NCBI GenBank assembly: GCA_038322045.1
Contig: JBBQFP010000002.1
Coordinates: forward strand, 34,326 to 98,325
Origin: Actinomycetes bacterium
GTDB lineage: Bacteria; Actinomycetota; Actinomycetes; JBBQFP01
DNA length: 64,000 nucleotides
Reading direction: 5' to 3'
Position numbers and translations under genes: made by a program. Of the stretch, positions 58,888 through 64,000 are shown piece by piece; the stretch's first letter is position 1, and each line of letters opens with the position of its first letter. The notes under the pieces were generated by a model. The model did no database searches. It saw only the letters and a program-made list of their open reading frames with translations, and was not told the origin of the DNA.

Positions 58888-60027
58888 ATGCGCAGGACCC
58901 GCATCTCGATCGCTCTCGCTGCCACCGCCCTGCTCGCTAGCGCCTGCGGCAGCAGCAGCGGTGGCTCCACCTCCGCGGGAGGCACCGGCAGCAGCCCAGC
59001 CGCAGCGAGTCAGAACACCTCCGCTGCACCATCGTCAGCCTCGGGCACGCCGACCAAGGACATCAGTGGCAAGCTCGCTTGGTACAGCCTGACCCCGCCG
59101 GCCGCGAGCGCCAAGGTCGTCAAGGCGTTCACGGCCAAGTACCCGAACGTCACGGTCGAGACCACCAACTTCCAGGGTCCGGACATCCTGGACCGCGTCA
59201 AGGCGGAGGCGTCGGGGGGGCTGAACAAGTTCGACGTCATCGACATGGCGGGGCGCAACCCGCTGCGGGCTCTGGCCGCCGGCGGGCTGCTCGCCGACTA
59301 CCAGCCGAGCACACTGTCGACATACCCGGCCGACAAGCAGAAGCAGATCGCCGACAGCAACGCCTGGGTCTACGGGGCCAATGCGCACGGGATCTGCTAC
59401 AACGCCGAGGCCGTCAAGACCCCGCCGACCAGCTACGACGACCTGCTCAAGCCTGAGTACAAGGGCAAGATCGTCTACGGAGCGCCGATCCAGACCGGCT
59501 TCGGTCAGAACTTCACCGTCGAGTCCAAGGACGCCTGGGGCGAGGCCAAGTGGAAGGACTTCTGGACCCGGCTGGGCAAGCAGAACGTTCTCGTAACCGA
59601 TAACCCCTCAACGGCGATGAGCCAGACCGTCAGTGGCGAGCGGCCCATCCTCATGTACTGCAACCTCTCGGCCTTGAACGGCGCGGTGCGCAAGGGCGCA
59701 CCGATCAAGTGGCAGACGACGGAGCCCAACATCGCCAACGAGGTTGCGCTGGCGATCTCGGCCAAGGCGCCCAACCCCGAGCCGGCTCGCGCCTTCGTCG
59801 ACTTCATGCTGTCCACAGAGGGTCAGGCCCTGGTGGCACCCGACTTCGGCCTGCAGCCGATCATGGACGGCGCCCCGGTGCCTGACGCCGCGAAAGGCCT
59901 TGCCGACGTCAAGCTCATCCTCTCCCCCAGCAAGTTCGCCGTCGACGAGCTCCACGGCGTCAAGGAGTTCGACAAGGCGGCCTACAGCGAGTATGTGGCG
60001 TTCATGAAGCAGGCCTTCGGCAAGTGA
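58888..60027 (+). CDS. ABC transporter substrate-binding lipoprotein (family 1, Fe3+/polyamine type)
   Basis: Lipobox LLASAC, then an SBP family-1 fold. Confidence 0.8.
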   Translation: MRRTRISIALAATALLASACGSSSGGSTSAGGTGSSPAAASQNTSAAPSSASGTPTKDISGKLAWYSLTPPAASAKVVKAFTAKYPNVTVETTNFQGPDILDRVKAEASGGLNKFDVIDMAGRNPLRALAAGGLLADYQPSTLSTYPADKQKQIADSNAWVYGANAHGICYNAEAVKTPPTSYDDLLKPEYKGKIVYGAPIQTGFGQNFTVESKDAWGEAKWKDFWTRLGKQNVLVTDNPSTAMSQTVSGERPILMYCNLSALNGAVRKGAPIKWQTTEPNIANEVALAISAKAPNPEPARAFVDFMLSTEGQALVAPDFGLQPIMDGAPVPDAAKGLADVKLILSPSKFAVDELHGVKEFDKAAYSEYVAFMKQAFGK

Positions 60028-61214
60028 CCGAGACCGTGCCGGTGCGCGAGTTCGAGACTCCGCTGCCCACCCCGAGGGGTTACATGACGAGTCATCAGCG
60101 CACGCCAGCCACGTCCGACGTGGCCCCGGCTCCGGTCGATGAGACCGGAGCCGGCGGCACCCCGGCGCTCGCCGTCCACCAGTTGGTCCGTGCCTACCGC
60201 GGCACCGTGGCCGTCGACCACGCCAGCGTCGAGGTGGCTCCGGGAGAGGTCGTCACCCTGCTCGGGCCGAGCGGGTGCGGGAAGTCCACGCTGCTCCGCG
60301 CGGTGGCCGGTATCGACCGGCTCGACGGGGGGACGATCAGCATCGGTGGACGGATCGTCGCTGATCACCAGCAGGGCACCATGGTGCCCTCCGAGAAGCG
60401 CCACGTGGGCATGGTCTTCCAGTCCTACGCGCTGTGGCCGCACCTGAGCGTGCTGGCCAACGTGGAGTTTCCGCTGCGCCGCCGCGGGATCAGCACCAAG
60501 GAACGCCGGCGGCGAGCTCTGGAGGCACTCGACAGCGTGCACCTCGGAGGGCTGGACAGGCGGTATCCGGGGGAGCTGTCCGGAGGCCAGCAGCAGCGCG
60601 TCTCGCTCGCCCGCGCCATCGTCGGCGACCCCCAGGTCCTGCTGATGGACGAGCCCTTGTCCAACCTCGACGCGCAGCTGCGTGACGCCATGCGGATCGA
60701 GATCAAGCGAGTGCAGCAGGAGCGCCACCTGTCGGTGCTCTACGTGACGCACGACCAGCAGGAGGCGCTGGCGCTGTCAGACCGGATCGTGGTGATGCGC
60801 GCCGGTCGCGTCCTTCAGGAGGGCCACCCAGAGGACATCTACACGAACCCGGCGAGCGCCTACGCGGCGCGGTTCCTCGGCGCCTCGAACCTGCTGAGCG
60901 CTACCGCCATCGGTCCGGAGAGCGTGCGGCTCGCGGACGGGACTTCTCTGCCGGTCCGTCAGCACGAGCTGGTGCCAGGCGCAGCGACGGTGGTGCGTTT
61001 CCGGCCCTCCGCCGTCAGGTTCGAACGTCCGGGTTCAGACGAGCAGGTGCTCGCCACCGTCGAGCAGTGCTCGTTCTTGGGAACCGGCTACGAGACCGAG
61101 CTGCGGTTGCGAACCGGCGAGACGGTCATCGCCGCGAGCGCCGATCCCCCGCCTGATGACGACGTGGCACTGCGCATCGTCCCCGCATATGCCTTCGCGG
61201 ACGACGAGTCATGA
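60024..61214 (+). CDS. ABC transporter ATP-binding protein with C-terminal TOBE domain (FbpC/PotA-like)
   Basis: GPSGCGKST Walker A, LSGGQQQRV signature and a C-terminal regulatory domain. Start may instead be the ATG at 60084. Confidence 0.8.
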   Translation: MTETVPVREFETPLPTPRGYMTSHQRTPATSDVAPAPVDETGAGGTPALAVHQLVRAYRGTVAVDHASVEVAPGEVVTLLGPSGCGKSTLLRAVAGIDRLDGGTISIGGRIVADHQQGTMVPSEKRHVGMVFQSYALWPHLSVLANVEFPLRRRGISTKERRRRALEALDSVHLGGLDRRYPGELSGGQQQRVSLARAIVGDPQVLLMDEPLSNLDAQLRDAMRIEIKRVQQERHLSVLYVTHDQQEALALSDRIVVMRAGRVLQEGHPEDIYTNPASAYAARFLGASNLLSATAIGPESVRLADGTSLPVRQHELVPGAATVVRFRPSAVRFERPGSDEQVLATVEQCSFLGTGYETELRLRTGETVIAASADPPPDDDVALRIVPAYAFADDES

Positions 61215-61251
61215 GCGCGCACCTGCCAGATCGCGCGGGGGCGATGAATTC

Positions 61252-63021
61252 GTGACGACTCTGCTCGAGCGCCCGGAAGCACCGGTGGCTGCTCCGCCGC
61301 CGCACGAGCGCCGGCGGCTGCTGCCGCAGCCCGTCACCGGGCTGAAGGTGGCCATCTTGGCCGTCCTGCTCGTCATCGTCGGTCTGCCGCTGTGGCAGCT
61401 GGTCTACGGCGCCTTCCACACCGGAGACCCCTTCGAGCCGGGCTCGTTCACCCTCGAGAACTTCACCACCCTGCTCGACCAGACTGACCTTGGCCGGTCG
61501 GCCTGGAACACGCTGATCTTCGCCGGTGGCTCGACCGTCCTGGCGCTGGGCATCGGGATCGTCATCGCCTGGCTGGTCTCACGGACCGATCTGCCGTGGG
61601 CTCGCTCCTTCTACGCGATGACCCTGGCCCCGATCCTCATCCCCGGCCTGATCGGCGCCGTCGCCTGGGCGGTGCTTCTTTCCGAACGGACCGGCCTGAT
61701 CAACGAGTACCTGCTCTCCCCCGTCCTGGGGTTCCGCTTCGACGTGTATTCGATGCCCGGCATGGTGGCAGTGCAGACGCTGTCCATGGTCCCACTGGTC
61801 GTGATCCTCATGGCGGCCGCCTTCCGCCGGGTGGACCCGGACATCGAGCACGCCGCCCGGGTCAGCGGGGCCAGCAAGGCTCGGGCATTCCTGCTCGCCG
61901 TCGGCGTCGTGCGACCCGCGGTGCTGACCTCCGGACTGGTGGTGCTCGTCGTCGGCCTCGAGTCCATCGAGGTGCCGTTGATCTTCGGCACACCGGCGCA
62001 GGTCTCGGTGCTCTCCGGGGACATCTACCGGGCGCTGCGCATCGAGAGTCCCACCCGGTGGGGCCCCGCCTCCGCCACCTCATTGTTGCTGATCCTGGTC
62101 GTTCTGCTGCTCTTCGTCGGCTACACCCTGCTGACCCGCAATCAGCACCGCTACGTCACGCTCACCGGCCGAGGACGGGCCGGTGCCCGCATCGAGCTCG
62201 GCGGGATGCGGTGGGTGGCCTTTCTGGCGGTAGGCGCCTTCCAGGTCCTCACCTTGGTGCTACCGACGTTGGCAATCGTCTACGCGTCGCTGATCCCCTT
62301 TGTCGGCAAGCCGGATCTGTCCAAGCTTGCCGACGCCACCTGGGACAACTACCGAGCCCTAAGCCAGAACGCGGTCTTGACCCGCGCTGCCACCAACAGC
62401 TTCACCCTGGCGCTGGTCGGAGGCCTGATCGCGCTGGCCCTTTGCCTGCTCATCGCCGTGCTCGGGCTGCGCTCGCCGTCCCGGTTGAGCCAGGTCAACG
62501 ACTCGTTCGCGCTGATCCCGTTGGCGATCCCCCGCATCGCGCTCGCCCCCGCGTTCCTCTGGGCCTTCATCTCGCTGCCCTTCGGGCTGGGTCGGCACCT
62601 GTACGGCTCGCTGACCATCATGGCCATCGCCTATGTAGTGATGTACCTACCGATCGGCACCCGCCAGATCTCCAGTCAGCTGGTGCAGATCGCGCCCGAG
62701 CTGGAGCACGCCAGCCGGGTCTGTGGCGCCGGACCTTGGCGCACCGTGCTCCGGGTGACCGTCCCGCTGCTGGCGCCTGCGCTCACCGGCGCCTTCTTCC
62801 TGGCTTTCGTCAGCTTCTACCGCGAGTTCTCGGTCTCGGCACTGCTCTACCAGACCGGCAGCGAGGTCTTCTCGGTCGCCATGTTCGGCATGATCCTCGA
62901 CGGCAACACCACCGGCGTGGCGGCGCTGTCGGTGGTGTTCATCCTCGCGGTGGCTGCTGTCCTTGGTACCGGCTTCGGCCTGCTTCGCCTCGCGACGCGG
63001 TACTCGCGAGCGGGCGGGTGA
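61252..63021 (+). CDS. fused two-domain ABC transporter permease (FbpB-like)
   Basis: Two repeated 6-TM permease modules with EAA-like loops. Start uncertain (GTG 61252 or ATG 61189). Confidence 0.75.
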   Translation: MTTLLERPEAPVAAPPPHERRRLLPQPVTGLKVAILAVLLVIVGLPLWQLVYGAFHTGDPFEPGSFTLENFTTLLDQTDLGRSAWNTLIFAGGSTVLALGIGIVIAWLVSRTDLPWARSFYAMTLAPILIPGLIGAVAWAVLLSERTGLINEYLLSPVLGFRFDVYSMPGMVAVQTLSMVPLVVILMAAAFRRVDPDIEHAARVSGASKARAFLLAVGVVRPAVLTSGLVVLVVGLESIEVPLIFGTPAQVSVLSGDIYRALRIESPTRWGPASATSLLLILVVLLLFVGYTLLTRNQHRYVTLTGRGRAGARIELGGMRWVAFLAVGAFQVLTLVLPTLAIVYASLIPFVGKPDLSKLADATWDNYRALSQNAVLTRAATNSFTLALVGGLIALALCLLIAVLGLRSPSRLSQVNDSFALIPLAIPRIALAPAFLWAFISLPFGLGRHLYGSLTIMAIAYVVMYLPIGTRQISSQLVQIAPELEHASRVCGAGPWRTVLRVTVPLLAPALTGAFFLAFVSFYREFSVSALLYQTGSEVFSVAMFGMILDGNTTGVAALSVVFILAVAAVLGTGFGLLRLATRYSRAGG

Positions 63022-63026
63022 GCGGC

Positions 63027-64000
63027 ATGCGTCGACCCCGCTCGCTGGTTGCCCGGACACGGCCCGACGACCCCGGTGACATCGGGCTCGCGGTGACCCT
63101 CGGGCCGTACCTGGAACGCACCGAGGATGCGCGCTTCTACGAGGGCGGGCTGCCCGGCCGCAGCGTGGGCGACACCCTGTACTCGCGCTCCGGGCTGTTC
63201 CTCGCGAACGATCCGCAGGTCCGCGTCGCCACCAAGGCCACGGTGGGGGTCACGTACCACCGGAGCAACGGCAGCGAGTTCACGGCGGCTCTGCTCGAGA
63301 CCGTCACCTTCGCCGACGGCAGCAGCCTGCGCTGCGAGGGGACCGCGAACCTGTCCGCTTTCGAGCGCTTCGACACCGACATCGTGCTCTCAGCCGGCGA
63401 CGGCACCGGATCGTGGTGGGGCTGGCAGGGCACCCAGGTGACCGAACGCACCACCGGTGAGCCCAGCCAAGCCCGAAGGACCTGGTTCCAGATGTCCGCA
63501 CAGAGCCGGGAGAGCGCCGGATCGGGACCCCGGTTCCTGCCGCCTCGGGCCACCAGCGGACTCGTCGAGCCGGTGAAGGCAGCCGACGTCTGGCCGGTGC
63601 TGGTCGGCGGCGAGCGGCGTCCGTTGGAGGTGATGCCCGTGCTCGACACGAGCGTCCCGGACCGCTTCGCCGTCTTCATCGTCGCGGCTCAGGTGGACGA
63701 CGGCGGGATCCTACCGGGGCTCGACGCCGTCCTGGCGCCGCGACTGGCCGCACACCAGATGCCCACCGGCTCGGCTGTGAGCGCAGGTGCTCAGGCGCCC
63801 GCCCTGGGCTATCTGGTGCTGGCCACGCCATACGGCCTGGCGCGCGGCTGGGCGCACGCAGGAGCCCATGCCCTGGCCGCCGCCCTCGATCCCGCGCTGC
63901 CCGTGGCCGTCAGCGTGGAGATCGCCCAGGCCGGCGGCCCGCCCGTGCCCACCCCCCTCGACGGCGCCGAGCCGATCCGTTGGGGAGTCGATCGCGGCCT
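63027..64000 (+). CDS. hypothetical protein, 3-prime partial (runs off the window end)
   Basis: Open frame of 324+ codons with no stop, beginning at the ATG 6 nt after the permease stop. Absent from the ORF track because no stop is reached. Confidence 0.5.
   Translation, partial: MRRPRSLVARTRPDDPGDIGLAVTLGPYLERTEDARFYEGGLPGRSVGDTLYSRSGLFLANDPQVRVATKATVGVTYHRSNGSEFTAALLETVTFADGSSLRCEGTANLSAFERFDTDIVLSAGDGTGSWWGWQGTQVTERTTGEPSQARRTWFQMSAQSRESAGSGPRFLPPRATSGLVEPVKAADVWPVLVGGERRPLEVMPVLDTSVPDRFAVFIVAAQVDDGGILPGLDAVLAPRLAAHQMPTGSAVSAGAQAPALGYLVLATPYGLARGWAHAGAHALAAALDPALPVAVSVEIAQAGGPPVPTPLDGAEPIRWGVDRG

Noticed and set aside
1-64000. CRISPR arrays, rRNA, tRNA, intact IS/transposase
   Set aside because: No direct-repeat/spacer arrays (only short microsatellites), no rRNA-like conserved stretches, no T-loop GGTTCGAATCC-type signatures in intergenic gaps, and no transposase ORF. 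Only a relaxase/helicase C-terminal fragment at about 52090-52200.

Overview
This window comes from a very GC-rich (about 70%+) actinobacterial chromosome and coding is dense throughout. Reading left to right: (1) a conserved FAS-II core, with a PHP-domain protein divergent from a FasR/MabR-like PucR regulator, then fabD-fabH-acpP-fabF(kasA) and a DUF3145 gene. (2) A chemotaxis operon on the minus strand, cheA-cheW-unknown-cheB-cheR-cheY-cheX-cheY-cheX, with no MCP gene. (3) An N-terminally disrupted panD remnant, an HtrA-like protease and a PPOX-family protein. (4) A roughly 16 kb minus-strand catabolic supra-operon, most junctions coupled by ATGA/GTGA/TGATG start-stop overlaps: sugar ABC transporter, IclR, two enolase-superfamily dehydratases, SDR, 2-hydroxyacid DH, two Zn-ADHs, ALDH, KDPG aldolase, MBL hydrolase and KDG-kinase-like. 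A second kdgK-eda pair sits immediately upstream. (5) A decayed aldo/keto reductase remnant and a MOSC protein. (6) The most interesting part: a compact ethanolamine-utilisation (eut-type) bacterial microcompartment locus, eat-eutN-eutA-eutB-eutC-eutL-eutE-eutM-eutQ-eutJ plus a PduT-like tandem BMC-T and a small EutQ-N-domain-only ORF. It shows encapsulation-peptide-like extensions on EutC (N-terminal) and EutE (C-terminal). It lacks eutD/pduL, eutG, eutT, eutK, eutS and eutR. (7) Directly downstream lies a about 4 kb zone of gene debris: a frameshifted beta-helix repeat gene, FAD-reductase and FMN-reductase fragments, a response-regulator fragment and a relaxase/helicase C-terminal fragment. 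This suggests an island boundary. (8) GntR and NmrA-like genes, a membrane protein, a Tat-exported multicopper oxidase with a His-rich repeat tail, an LVIVD beta-propeller, an Fe3+/polyamine-type ABC transporter, and a partial unknown ORF running off the window end. No rRNA, tRNA, CRISPR or intact transposase was seen. Many long ORFs in the six-frame track are antisense shadow ORFs typical of high-GC DNA and were rejected.
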